From: Candidatus Sumerlaeales bacterium
GTDB lineage: Bacteria > Sumerlaeota > Sumerlaeia > Sumerlaeales > Sumerlaeaceae
Assembly: GCA_038243585.1 (NCBI GenBank)
Contig: JBBSQY010000056.1
Coordinates: 1 to 20,041, forward strand
Direction: 5' to 3'
Length of the DNA: 20,041 nucleotides
Shown piece after piece: positions 8,159 through 16,779 of the stretch (position 1 is its first letter; every line of letters starts with the position of its first letter). The position numbers were made by a program, and so were the translations under genes. The notes below the pieces were generated by a model that did no database searches, was not told the origin of the DNA, and saw only the letters and a program-made list of their open reading frames with translations.

Positions 8159-8185
8159 AAGTGGTTAAACTTTTAAGTCGGGATG

Positions 8186-8343
8186 GTGGGATGGGCATTT
8201 TTGCCCGTCTGGCAAAACGAGGAAGCTAATTGTGCTGTTATCTTTGCGCGGGTTTGTGGTTGTTACGGTGGCGATTGGCGGTGGGTTTGACCGTTTTCTT
8301 TGGTGGTTTCGCCCACTGAGACGGGCAGGAATGCCCATCCTAC
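8186..8343. repeat. Inverted REP doublet (REPIN-like) between convergent phrB and radA
   Basis: GTGGGATGGGCATTTTTGCCCGTCT (8186-8210) and AGACGGGCAGGAATGCCCATCCTAC (8319-8343). The reverse complement of the second is GTAGGATGGGCATTCCTGCCCGTCT, 22/25 identical to the first. Each has a GTAG/GTGG foot plus an internal GGGCA...TGCCC palindrome. Confidence 0.85.
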
Positions 8344-8355
8344 ATTTTGATACTT

Positions 8356-9744
8356 TTAATATATCTCCAGGGCCTTTAGTGCGTCGCCGACATTTTTTAC
8401 TCCGATGATTTTAATGCCCGCGGGGGCGCGGTTTTTTTGCCACGGCGCTGTCACGGCGCGCGTAAATCCCAGCCTTGCGGCTTCGGCGAGGCGTTTGTCG
8501 AGGTGGCTGACGCTGCGGATTTCTCCGGCCAGGCCGACCTCTCCCAACACTACTGTTTTTTGATCAATCGCCACTCCCTGAAAGCTACTGACCATGGCGC
8601 TGAGGGCTGCCAGATCGGCGGCGGGTTCTTCCACTTTTACGCCACCGGCGATATTGACGTAGACGTCCTGATCAAACATCCTCAGGCCGATCCGCTTTTC
8701 CAGCACGGCGATAAGCAGGGCCACGCGGCGCTGGTCCAGGCCGTTGGCGGACCGACGCGCCGCGCCGAAACCGCCGTTGGGGGCAGTGAGCGCCTGTATC
8801 TCCACCAGCAGCGGACGCGTGCCTTCCAACGCGGGAACCACTACGCTTCCGCTTGCGCCTTCCGGGCGTTCCTGGAGAAATAATTCGCTCGGGTTTTTTA
8901 CTTCCGCCAGGCCGCTGCCGCCCATTTCAAAAATCCCGATTTCGTTTGTTGATCCGAAGCGATTTTTTACGGCCCGCAGAATTCGGAAATTGTGGTGCTG
9001 ATCGCCCTCAAAGTAGAGCACTGTATCCACCATGTGTTCCAGCACTCGTGGACCCGCGACCACACCGCTTTTCGTTACGTGACCTACCAGGAACAGCGGC
9101 ACATGGATGTGTTTGCACAGCGTGATAAGGTGCGCTGCGGAATCCCTTATTTGCGAAACGCTGCCGGGCGCGCTTCCGGATTCCTCGCTCCAGGCGGTTT
9201 GAATGGAATCAAGAATGACGCAGGAGGGGCGTACCGCCTGGATGTGTTCGCCGATGGTTTCTACCTGGGTTTCGCCCAGACAAAGCAAGTGTTCAGATAC
9301 CGCGCCGAGGCGACCTGCCCGCAGGCGCGTCTGTTCAAGGCTTTCTTCACCGCTTACGTATAAAGACGGCGAACCGGCACCGGCCATTTGCAGAGCAACC
9401 TGTAACATCAGCGTGCTTTTGCCGATGCCGGGCTCGCCGCCGATCAGCGTTACGGAACCGGCCACGATTCCTCCGCCGAGGATGCGGTCAAATTCATCGA
9501 TGCCGGTCATGCGGCGCGTCTCCGCAAGCACGTCGACCTGATTCAGCGGAATCGGTCCGGGGCGAACGCCGCCCACTCCCCCGCCTCTAAATAGATTTTT
9601 GGTCGCCGTCTTGCTTTTCTCAGAGGCCACTTTTTCTTCCACCAGCGTATTCCACTGGCCGCATGAGCTGCACTTGCCTTCCCAACGGGGAAAACTGTCG
9701 CCGCATTCCTGACACACAAACTGAATCTTCTGCTTCGTAGCCAA
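8356..9744 (-). CDS. radA: DNA repair protein RadA/Sms
   Basis: Zinc finger CQECG...WEGKCSSC, Walker A GGEPGIGKST, KNRFG motif and Lon-like C-terminus (DVYVNIAGG, GEVGLAGEIR). The likely start is TTG at 9744 with AGGAG at 9756-9752, rather than the track's 9795. Confidence 0.97.
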   Translation of the reverse strand: MATKQKIQFVCQECGDSFPRWEGKCSSCGQWNTLVEEKVASEKSKTATKNLFRGGGVGGVRPGPIPLNQVDVLAETRRMTGIDEFDRILGGGIVAGSVTLIGGEPGIGKSTLMLQVALQMAGAGSPSLYVSGEESLEQTRLRAGRLGAVSEHLLCLGETQVETIGEHIQAVRPSCVILDSIQTAWSEESGSAPGSVSQIRDSAAHLITLCKHIHVPLFLVGHVTKSGVVAGPRVLEHMVDTVLYFEGDQHHNFRILRAVKNRFGSTNEIGIFEMGGSGLAEVKNPSELFLQERPEGASGSVVVPALEGTRPLLVEIQALTAPNGGFGAARRSANGLDQRRVALLIAVLEKRIGLRMFDQDVYVNIAGGVKVEEPAADLAALSAMVSSFQGVAIDQKTVVLGEVGLAGEIRSVSHLDKRLAEAARLGFTRAVTAPWQKNRAPAGIKIIGVKNVGDALKALEIY

Positions 9745-9856
9745 ACTGTTGCTCCTGAGATTATTAGTTGCGGTTGGTACAGACTTGCTTTTCAACGGAT
9801 TTTTCTAATGAACCAACAATATAGTATCTGGATTACGTGATAAGGAGCTACCATTT

Positions 9857-10048
9857 ATGACTAGTTTAAAATATGTCTTTTGGAAAGAAGACGAGGCCTG
9901 GCTCGGATACCTGGTAGAATTTCCGGATTACTGGACGCAGGGGGAAAGCGAGGTTGATCTCAAGGAACATCTCGTTGACCTTTATAAAGATCTGACCAGT
10001 GGAGCAATTCCAAGTATACGGAAAGTGGCGGAACTAAGCGTCGCGTGA
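9857..10048 (+). CDS. hicB: HicB-family antitoxin (short form, no obvious DNA-binding domain)
   Basis: 63 aa, acidic, YVFWKEDEAWLGYLVEFPDYWTQGESEVDLKEHL matches the HicB partial RNase H fold pattern. Strong RBS TAAGGAG. Its stop overlaps the hicA start (GTGA). Confidence 0.88.
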   Translation: MTSLKYVFWKEDEAWLGYLVEFPDYWTQGESEVDLKEHLVDLYKDLTSGAIPSIRKVAELSVA

Positions 10049-10224
10049 AACGGAAAGACTTAATCAGGGCTTTGGAAGAAGCTGGATGCGTTTTAATTCG
10101 ACATGGTGGAAAACATGATTGGTTTCAGAATCCAGCAACTAAGCAATCACAACCGGTGCCGCGACACCGTGAAATAAATGAAATGCTGGCGAAGCAAATC
10201 GTTAAAATGCTCAGCAATAAATAG
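10045..10224 (+). CDS. hicA: HicA-family mRNA interferase toxin
   Basis: Not in the ORF track (59 aa). GTG start at 10045: MKRKDLIRALEEAGCVLIRHGGKHDWFQNPATKQSQPVPRHREINEMLAKQIVKMLSNK*. It is basic and has the G-x-H catalytic His and VPRH motifs typical of HicA. Confidence 0.93.
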   Translation: MKRKDLIRALEEAGCVLIRHGGKHDWFQNPATKQSQPVPRHREINEMLAKQIVKMLSNK

Positions 10225-10285
10225 TGTTGAAGCGCCTTTGAAATTACTAACTCGCAAAACCAGTAAAAGTCCTAGAGCATTAGCA

Positions 10286-11191
10286 TCAGTTCAGACACGA
10301 TGCGTGCTGTTCCAGGCTGCGCCGCTTCTGACAGGCGCCGTGCAGTTCGCATTTATCACATTGTCGCAAGTCTGATTTAGTCGGACACAATTTTAAGATT
10401 CCCAGGCGGCACAGAGAAAAATCGAACCGCGTTGGATCGATTGGGTCTATTAATCGCAGCTTCCGAGTCACGTCTCGTGCGAACTCCAGCGATGCCGCTT
10501 TGCGGGTGCTGAAGCCGAGGTTTGTACTTAGCCGCATAATATGGGTATCTACGGGCACCAGCAGCAGCGACGTGGGAATTGTGTTCCACAGACCCAGGTC
10601 GATCCCATCGTCTGCGCGGATCATCCAGCGCAAAAACAGATGGATGCGCTTGCATGCGCTGCCTTTGTCAGCCCTCGGCATCAGATGCTTGAATGAGGAT
10701 CTTGTTGTCATTACTGAGCGGTCAAAATGGGGCTCGAAAGAAAAAGAATGCAGGTAATCGAAGAAACGTCCGGCGGCCTGCGCGAGGTCTGTTTCCTGGT
10801 CGCGAATACCTTCGCAGAAACCGGACTCCAGCGATTGTCGCTGTACGGCCTGATGCAATAGCCAGCACAGGCACAGAATGTCCTCTTCGTCCGAGAATCG
10901 ATGCTTGAAGCCCGCCAGCGCCTGTCGCGCGGAAAGGATTTCAAAATTCCGGATGAACTGCCCTGGCCTGCTGCCCATCGCAGAAAACAGCCGCGCCAGA
11001 CTGGCGTTGATTTGCTTCACATTCCCATAGGCCAGAAGAGCGGCGAAAAGGGCCGCTATCTCCCGGTCTTCTGTGCACGTGAATTCGCGAACCATAACCA
11101 GCGGATCGCTGCCCAGGTATACGGGCTGGTGGTAACGTTCGTATACGGATTCCAGAAAGGGTCCGTATGGGGTATGGACTGGCTTGGTCAT
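10286..11191 (-). CDS. TIGR02757/DUF2400 family protein (HhH-GPD-related) with a C-terminal 4-Cys cluster
   Basis: SDPL...DREIAALFAALLAYGNVKQI, SACKRIHLFLRWMIRADDGIDLGLW, LLVPVDTHI and DPIDPTRFDFSLC are characteristic of the family. C-terminal C-x8-C-x2-C-x5-C. Confidence 0.88.
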   Translation of the reverse strand: MTKPVHTPYGPFLESVYERYHQPVYLGSDPLVMVREFTCTEDREIAALFAALLAYGNVKQINASLARLFSAMGSRPGQFIRNFEILSARQALAGFKHRFSDEEDILCLCWLLHQAVQRQSLESGFCEGIRDQETDLAQAAGRFFDYLHSFSFEPHFDRSVMTTRSSFKHLMPRADKGSACKRIHLFLRWMIRADDGIDLGLWNTIPTSLLLVPVDTHIMRLSTNLGFSTRKAASLEFARDVTRKLRLIDPIDPTRFDFSLCRLGILKLCPTKSDLRQCDKCELHGACQKRRSLEQHASCLN

Positions 11192-11342
11192 TATGATTAC
11201 TTTACAGCTTAGTACGGAAAAAGCTCAGGGTCATAAAGGCTCAGCGCATAACATTGATTTGATGGGCTGGGCGCTTATAAGTTTTTTCGGTTCAGGTGAG
11301 GTGATGTTCTCACAGTCGGGACGCCTATGTTAAGTCTGTTTA

Positions 11343-12752
11343 CTAATGCACCCGGACCTGGGTGCCGCACTTTCGGCACTGGATCATCGGGGCTGAAAAC
11401 ATTGGGCTTAGCTGAAGGATGTTTCCGCACTGGCAGGGAAAGCTTTCCCATGTGTTCAGGGCGCTTCGTGTGTGATCCATAAAGACGGGCTCCGGCTTCA
11501 GTTCCAGATTCAACGCTGTATCGCCATCGTACCCAGGGGCGTTTGCGGTTGCACCAGTCGCCGGCACATCGTTCGCCACGCCGCATCGGATGCACCGAAC
11601 CGTTGCCTCGTTATAGGTGCTCGGCACCTTCAGCGTCGCACCGCATTGGCAATGGATGTCAGTGTACCCAAATAGACGATGGACGACAGCCTTTGATTCT
11701 GCCCTGGTCTCCAGCGGCGGCTCGTTGGATGCCTGGCGGATCGCCTGTGCCTTGCTCTCATGCAGAGTATGGGTCCCGATAATGGATTCCCGTTTTTTTA
11801 CCGCGCCGTAAGATTTGTTGTAGTCCAGAAAAGACGCGCCGCCCATACCACGCAACACCTGCACGCGATCAAACAGGGGCGGATGGGTGGAGAACATGCT
11901 GTCTGAGCCGCCATCCGCCGCTAACGGGTTTACGATAAACATGGGTGCTACCGCGCGATTGACTTCTCCCATGGGGGTTCCCGACCCAGCGATCTGCAGC
12001 AGTGCCGACGCCAACCCTTCGGGATAGCGCGTGTACACCGCCGCAGAAGCATCGGCGAGATATTCGCGGACTCTCGACATGGCAAAATAGAGTACCCGGG
12101 CCAAAATTGGTCCCAGGACAATCAACAGCACAGCCACTACGAGAAAGATTATCTGCGCCTGACCGCCGCCGTCACCGCCACGGCTGTCGGACCTGCGCCG
12201 ACCTCGTCCGCCATAGAAAAACATCCGCATGGCCATATCCGACAGGATGATGATAGACCCGAGCATGACCCCGGCCAGGGTCATGAATTTCGTATCCATG
12301 TTTTTCAGGTGGGCAATCTCGTGGGCAATGACACCTTGCAGCTCGTCGCGATTTAGCCGGTACATGAGGCCCCGCGTTACCGCCACTGCGCTGGTTTCCG
12401 GTTTCCGTCCTACGGCGAAGGCGTTGGGCGAGTCCGAATCGACAATGTAAATCTTTGGCATGAAGGTCAGGCCGGAAGCCAGTTGCATTTCTTCGACGAT
12501 GTTGAAAAGCCGTGGACTCTCGTCCCGCGTCAGTTCTCGCGCGCCCATTCCCGCCATTAATACGGATTCGCCTGCGACGGCATAAACCGCCAACTGCACC
12601 AAGAGCACGATCAGCCCTATAAGCAGACCGACCGGCCCCGCACCGGGTTGGAAGGCTTCCGCTGCAAAATAACCAATGGACAACAGAATCAGGCCCATCA
12701 GCACAATCAGCCAGAAAGATTTACGCTGGTTCGCGCGTATCTGCTCCCACAT
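11343..12752 (-). CDS. htpX: HtpX-like M48 membrane zinc metalloprotease with a C-terminal double zinc-ribbon extension
   Basis: N-terminal TM helices, PNAFAVG, ELQGVIAHEIAH (HExxH), SRVREYLADA and FSTHPP. A C-terminal extension carries two C-x-C...C-x2-C motifs. Confidence 0.9.
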   Translation of the reverse strand: MWEQIRANQRKSFWLIVLMGLILLSIGYFAAEAFQPGAGPVGLLIGLIVLLVQLAVYAVAGESVLMAGMGARELTRDESPRLFNIVEEMQLASGLTFMPKIYIVDSDSPNAFAVGRKPETSAVAVTRGLMYRLNRDELQGVIAHEIAHLKNMDTKFMTLAGVMLGSIIILSDMAMRMFFYGGRGRRRSDSRGGDGGGQAQIIFLVVAVLLIVLGPILARVLYFAMSRVREYLADASAAVYTRYPEGLASALLQIAGSGTPMGEVNRAVAPMFIVNPLAADGGSDSMFSTHPPLFDRVQVLRGMGGASFLDYNKSYGAVKKRESIIGTHTLHESKAQAIRQASNEPPLETRAESKAVVHRLFGYTDIHCQCGATLKVPSTYNEATVRCIRCGVANDVPATGATANAPGYDGDTALNLELKPEPVFMDHTRSALNTWESFPCQCGNILQLSPMFSAPMIQCRKCGTQVRVH

Positions 12753-12781
12753 GATTCAGGAAGTTCGGTTCCGCATAAAGC

Positions 12782-13348
12782 TCAAAAGGTCACTTTCGGG
12801 GCTTCACGCTGTTCCGGTTCGATTACCTCGAAAAACGGCTTGCGCTCAAAATTGAACATCCCAGCGACAATGTTGGCCGGGAAGGTCTCGCGCTGGTTAT
12901 TATACTGCAATACGCGGTCGTTGAAAAACTGACGCGCGAAAGCAACCTTGTTCTCCGTGCTTGTAAGCTCCTCTTGCAAAGCCAGAAAGTTTTGGTTGGC
13001 CTTCAAGTCCGGGTAGGCTTCCGATACCGCAAACAAACTTTTCAGCGCGCCGGTGAGCATATTCTCTCCCGCCATCCGCTCTTCCAGATTTGTCGCCCCC
13101 ACCGCCATGTTTCTCGCCTGTATTACGCGCTCGAGGGTTTCTCGCTCGTGGGACGCATAGCCTTTCACGGTCTCAACCAGGTTTGGAATCAGGTCGGTGC
13201 GGCGTTTTAGCTGCACATCAATCTGCGCCCATGAATTTTGTATTTCGTTTCGCAGCCGAACGAGGCTATTGAAAATCCCTACGGCCCAAAGAGCCAAAAT
13301 GATTAATATTGCGGCAATTATCAGTAATGCGATTATTCCACCAGTCAT
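12782..13348 (-). CDS. lemA: LemA family protein
   Basis: N-terminal TM anchor; FNSLVRLRN, WAQIDVQLKRRTDLIPNLVETVKGYASHE, EAYPDLKANQNFLALQEELTSTENKVAFARQFFN and FPANIVAGMFNF. Confidence 0.96.
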   Translation of the reverse strand: MTGGIIALLIIAAILIILALWAVGIFNSLVRLRNEIQNSWAQIDVQLKRRTDLIPNLVETVKGYASHERETLERVIQARNMAVGATNLEERMAGENMLTGALKSLFAVSEAYPDLKANQNFLALQEELTSTENKVAFARQFFNDRVLQYNNQRETFPANIVAGMFNFERKPFFEVIEPEQREAPKVTF

Positions 13349-13821
13349 GCTTTGCCGTCTCCCTTATTATTTATGATAAACTTTTCAGATGGCGCGTGGG
13401 GCTCCACGGCGTAACAGCCAAGAACTTCGCTGAGCAGAGCCAAGGCTCCTGTGGCCGACATGGAATCCGGTAACGATTTCAACAGCAGAAGCAACTCATT
13501 TTTGTCAAACCACACGCCGTCATTGCCGGGGCATCGGTCAAGGCGCAATTCCTCGCCATCTGCGCCCCTGCGGACGACTTCCTTTAAGGCGCGGTCGCAG
13601 CGTGGACATAAGTAGGCAGGGCGTCCGGTTTCAGAGCGCACGTCCGCTTCCACAAATTCCTGAAAACAATCGGTACCGACGCCGCCTGTGCGCTCCAGCA
13701 ATCTCTCAATCTCGCCATGGTCCAGCCACAAACCCTCGCAGGATGGGCAGTAATCCACCTCTACCCCTTTAAACTCAAGAAGGATCAGCGCAACATCGCA
13801 TTTGGGGCAGACAACGATCAT
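13345..13821 (-). CDS. Tandem zf-TFIIB-like zinc-ribbon protein
   Basis: Two copies of CPxC...(V/L)DxCP...G(L/V)W(L/F)DxxE: CPKC..VDYCPSCEGLWLDHGE and CPRC..LDRCPGNDGVWFDKNE. RBS AAAGGA. ATGA overlap with lemA. Confidence 0.85.
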   Translation of the reverse strand: MIVVCPKCDVALILLEFKGVEVDYCPSCEGLWLDHGEIERLLERTGGVGTDCFQEFVEADVRSETGRPAYLCPRCDRALKEVVRRGADGEELRLDRCPGNDGVWFDKNELLLLLKSLPDSMSATGALALLSEVLGCYAVEPHAPSEKFIINNKGDGKA

Positions 13822-13905
13822 AAACGTAATCCTTTTCGCTCCACGCCGCGTATTTCAATAGTTTTCACCATATGCCTCAGCGGGGATAAATCTTGCGGTA
13901 AATGG

Positions 13906-14652
13906 TTAATCTATAACTGTCCGCGCGTAAGCCAGGCATTCTACGGATTCCGCGCCGGCTTCGCGCAAGGTCCGGGCGCATTCGTTTAGTGTGCTACCGG
14001 TCGTGTAAACATCATCAATCAGCAGCACCTTTTTACCCGCCACGGCCGCAGAATCCTTACACGCAAAGGCACCTGCGACGTTTTTGCGCCTTTGACTTTT
14101 TTTCAGGCTGGTTTGGGACGAGGTTGGTCTGGTTCGTACCAGGGCCTTTTCTGAGACGGGAATGGTCAAACTTTCTCCGAATGGTCTGGCGATCAGCGCT
14201 GATTGATTAAAGCCGCGATCGCGCAGCCGGGTGGAATGAAGGGGAACAGGCAGGACAATGTCGGCTATGGGAGCGCCGTCATTTACGGCTTCTCTGTATA
14301 TCCGCGCCATTTCTCGGGATAGCAGGGGCGCGTATTCGATTCTTCGCTGATATTTTAGCCTATGGACGAGGACTTGGGCGATGCCGGAAAACCGGGCGAC
14401 GCCCTGGGCCTTGATAAAATAGGCGGTGCCGGGAGGGCAGTTTGCGCAGCGGCCTTCTTCTTTTATTTTCGCATCGGGGCAACCGCACCGTGCACAGATG
14501 GGAAGCAGAAGCGGCGGGATGGAATCGAGGCATGGCCTGCAAACAAGCCATGCCTCGTCGAGAATTCGTTCTCCGCAACCGCAGCAAAGCCGCGGAAGCA
14601 GAAAATCCAGTACGTTGTTCCATATATTACGGATAGGGGATGTTTCGATCAC
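13906..14652 (-). CDS. comF: ComF family protein (double zinc ribbon plus phosphoribosyltransferase domain)
   Basis: [62 protein letters not shown]. The GTG start overlaps the pgk stop (GTGA). Confidence 0.93.
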   Translation of the reverse strand: MIETSPIRNIWNNVLDFLLPRLCCGCGERILDEAWLVCRPCLDSIPPLLLPICARCGCPDAKIKEEGRCANCPPGTAYFIKAQGVARFSGIAQVLVHRLKYQRRIEYAPLLSREMARIYREAVNDGAPIADIVLPVPLHSTRLRDRGFNQSALIARPFGESLTIPVSEKALVRTRPTSSQTSLKKSQRRKNVAGAFACKDSAAVAGKKVLLIDDVYTTGSTLNECARTLREAGAESVECLAYARTVID

Positions 14653-15845
14653 GCCTCCGAAAGCGCTTCAATTCCGGGCAGAGTTTTGCCTTCCAAGTAT
14701 TCCAGAGAGGCTCCGCCACCGGTGCTGATGTGAGTCATTTTGTCGGCAAAACCGAATTTAAGTGCGGCAGCTGCACTGTCGCCGCCGCCAATTACTGTTA
14801 CGGCATCACTGGCCGCCATGGCCTCGGCCACTTTGCGGGTTCCATTTGCAAACGGTTCCAGTTCAAACACACCAACAGGACCATTCCAGACAATTGTTTT
14901 AGCTTTTTCAATCTCAGCCGTAAACAGTTTCACGCTTTCCGGGCCTATATCCACGCCCATCCAGCCATCGGGAATTTCATTTGCGGGAACGATTTTCGTA
15001 GGTGCGCTGGCATCCGGGCGATCGTCTGACTGGCAGGCAACGCAGTCCACCGGAAGCAAGAGTTTCTTGCCCAGAGTTTTCGCCTGCTCCAAGGCCTTTT
15101 TTGCGTCTTCCAGTGTATCTTCTTCGAATAGGGAATTGCCGATGGAGCCGCCCTGTGCCTTTACAAAGGTGTAAGTCATTCCGCCGCCCAGCATCAACAC
15201 GTCCACCTGCTGAAGCAGGCTGTCTATGACGTTGATCTTAGACGAAACTTTCGAGCCACCCAAAATGCCCACATACGGCCGCTCTGGCTTCCCAAGGGCT
15301 TCCCCCAGGTAACGGAGTTCCTTTTCCACTAGAAGTCCGCCGACGCTTTCAGGCACGTGCTTTGTAATGCCCACGGTGCTGGCATGAGCGCGATGGACGG
15401 ATCCAAAAGCGTCTTGCACAAAAATATCCGCCAAACTTGCCAGCTTTGCCGCAAACGCATCGTCGTTCTTTTCCTCTTCCGGATGAAACCGGACGTTTTC
15501 CAGCAATAGAACGTTTCCCGGCTGAAGATTAGCCACGGCGTTTTCTGCTTCTGGTCCGATGCAGTCCGTTGCGAAAGCGACAGGCGCTCCAAGCAGCTCA
15601 GACAAGCGTTCCGCCGCGGGCTTCAGACTGAATTCCGGCTTTACAGAGCCTTTGGGGCGACCCATGTGGGACGCAAGAATCACTTTGGCGTTGTTTTCAA
15701 TGAGATACCGGATCGTGGGTAGCGCCCCTTGGATACGGCTATCATCGGTAATTTTTCCATTTTCCATGGGGATATTGAAGTCTACTCGAACGAAAACGCG
15801 TTTCCCGGAAATATCATTGAGATCGCGAATGGTTTTTTTTGCCAA
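14649..15845 (-). CDS. pgk: Phosphoglycerate kinase
   Basis: [56 protein letters not shown] and [18 protein letters not shown] start preceded by GGAG. Confidence 0.99.
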   Translation of the reverse strand: MAKKTIRDLNDISGKRVFVRVDFNIPMENGKITDDSRIQGALPTIRYLIENNAKVILASHMGRPKGSVKPEFSLKPAAERLSELLGAPVAFATDCIGPEAENAVANLQPGNVLLLENVRFHPEEEKNDDAFAAKLASLADIFVQDAFGSVHRAHASTVGITKHVPESVGGLLVEKELRYLGEALGKPERPYVGILGGSKVSSKINVIDSLLQQVDVLMLGGGMTYTFVKAQGGSIGNSLFEEDTLEDAKKALEQAKTLGKKLLLPVDCVACQSDDRPDASAPTKIVPANEIPDGWMGVDIGPESVKLFTAEIEKAKTIVWNGPVGVFELEPFANGTRKVAEAMAASDAVTVIGGGDSAAAALKFGFADKMTHISTGGGASLEYLEGKTLPGIEALSEA

Positions 15846-15950
15846 TTTATTATCTCCAAATTGCTCAGTTTTGTGTTGAAGCGAATGCCGCGGCGCGGAA
15901 GCGACAGCAAAAAAGATTTTATCGCTGGCGCTGGTGCCATAAGTTTAGGT

Positions 15951-16640
15951 CTAGGACCGTTTTGACTTTTGTTTCCGAGTCGGGGGTTCAGGCGCAGGTC
16001 CTGTAACCAAGGAGTCGATACTTGGTTTTAACTGGCGTAGACGATCCTGGCTAACTGCACCAACTTCACGATATACTTCGCTGTCGCCAGCTGGGGTAAA
16101 GACCAACAACGTCGGGGTGAACTTAAGGCCGAGGCGATTAACTACTTCCGGATTTTGAGTAAACTCGATACGGGCTTTCACTGCATTATCAAACACTTGC
16201 ATGGAGCCTGGCTGGGCAAGAATCGCATCAAATCGGTCGCACTCAGGACAGCCGTGATGCACAAAAAGGGCAACCAGCGGCCTTCCCTGCTGTTGAGCTT
16301 GGGCACGGGCGGTGTCAAAGTCACTCAGCCATAGCTGATTGCTGTTCTGGCTTTCTCTCATACGCAAATTTACGTTCGATTGACTTGCCTGGGGCAGCTG
16401 CTGGATTTGTTGCGATGGTTGAACAGGCCTTTGTTGGGCGGGAGGCTGGGGAACTTGTCGTTGTTGCGCGGGATACTGATAGCTCGGATACTGCCCGGCC
16501 TGCGGGTAGTTGGCGTATGTGCTTTGCGCCGCCGGCTGTTGATACCAGTTGTTTGCGCGAGGCTGGGCGTGACTTTCCGCGCTGATAACTGCGACTGCAC
16601 AGACAGTCATTATGCTACTTAACAGGGGGTTCCTGTTCAT
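15951..16640 (-). CDS. Exported thioredoxin-fold protein (CPEC) with an N-terminal Gln/Pro/Tyr-rich low-complexity region
   Basis: Signal-peptide-like MNRNPLLSSIMTVCAVAVISAESHA from ATG 16640 (the track start at 16667 is an alternative). WLSDFDTARAQAQQQGRPLVALFVHHGCPEC...LGLKFTPTLLVF fits the thioredoxin-like pattern (CxxC plus cis-Pro loop). Confidence 0.75.
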   Translation of the reverse strand: MNRNPLLSSIMTVCAVAVISAESHAQPRANNWYQQPAAQSTYANYPQAGQYPSYQYPAQQRQVPQPPAQQRPVQPSQQIQQLPQASQSNVNLRMRESQNSNQLWLSDFDTARAQAQQQGRPLVALFVHHGCPECDRFDAILAQPGSMQVFDNAVKARIEFTQNPEVVNRLGLKFTPTLLVFTPAGDSEVYREVGAVSQDRLRQLKPSIDSLVTGPAPEPPTRKQKSKRS

Positions 16641-16779
16641 TTGTATTCTCTCTTCCAAACTAATCATTTTTTACCTTGAACGGCAAACTGTTACATCTAT
16701 TGCAAAAATTCCTTGCGGCGGATAAACAAACAAGCCTTAACCGCACTGTTAACATCTCTTGGAGAGCCAGTTTTAATTT

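Noticed and set aside
9761..10266. Imperfect inverted similarity flanking hicBA (TTATTAGTTGCGGTTGGTA at 9761-9779 versus TTACTAACTCGCAAAACCAGTAA at 10244-10266), considered as terminal repeats or an integron attC site
   Set aside because: The alignment needs several gaps and mismatches, there is no proper RYYYAAC...GTTRRRY pair, and no target duplication, integrase or transposase is visible.
10178..10375. Track ORF 10178..10375 (+) as the partner of hicB
   Set aside because: It overlaps both the true hicA frame (10045-10224) and the DUF2400 gene, and has no family features.
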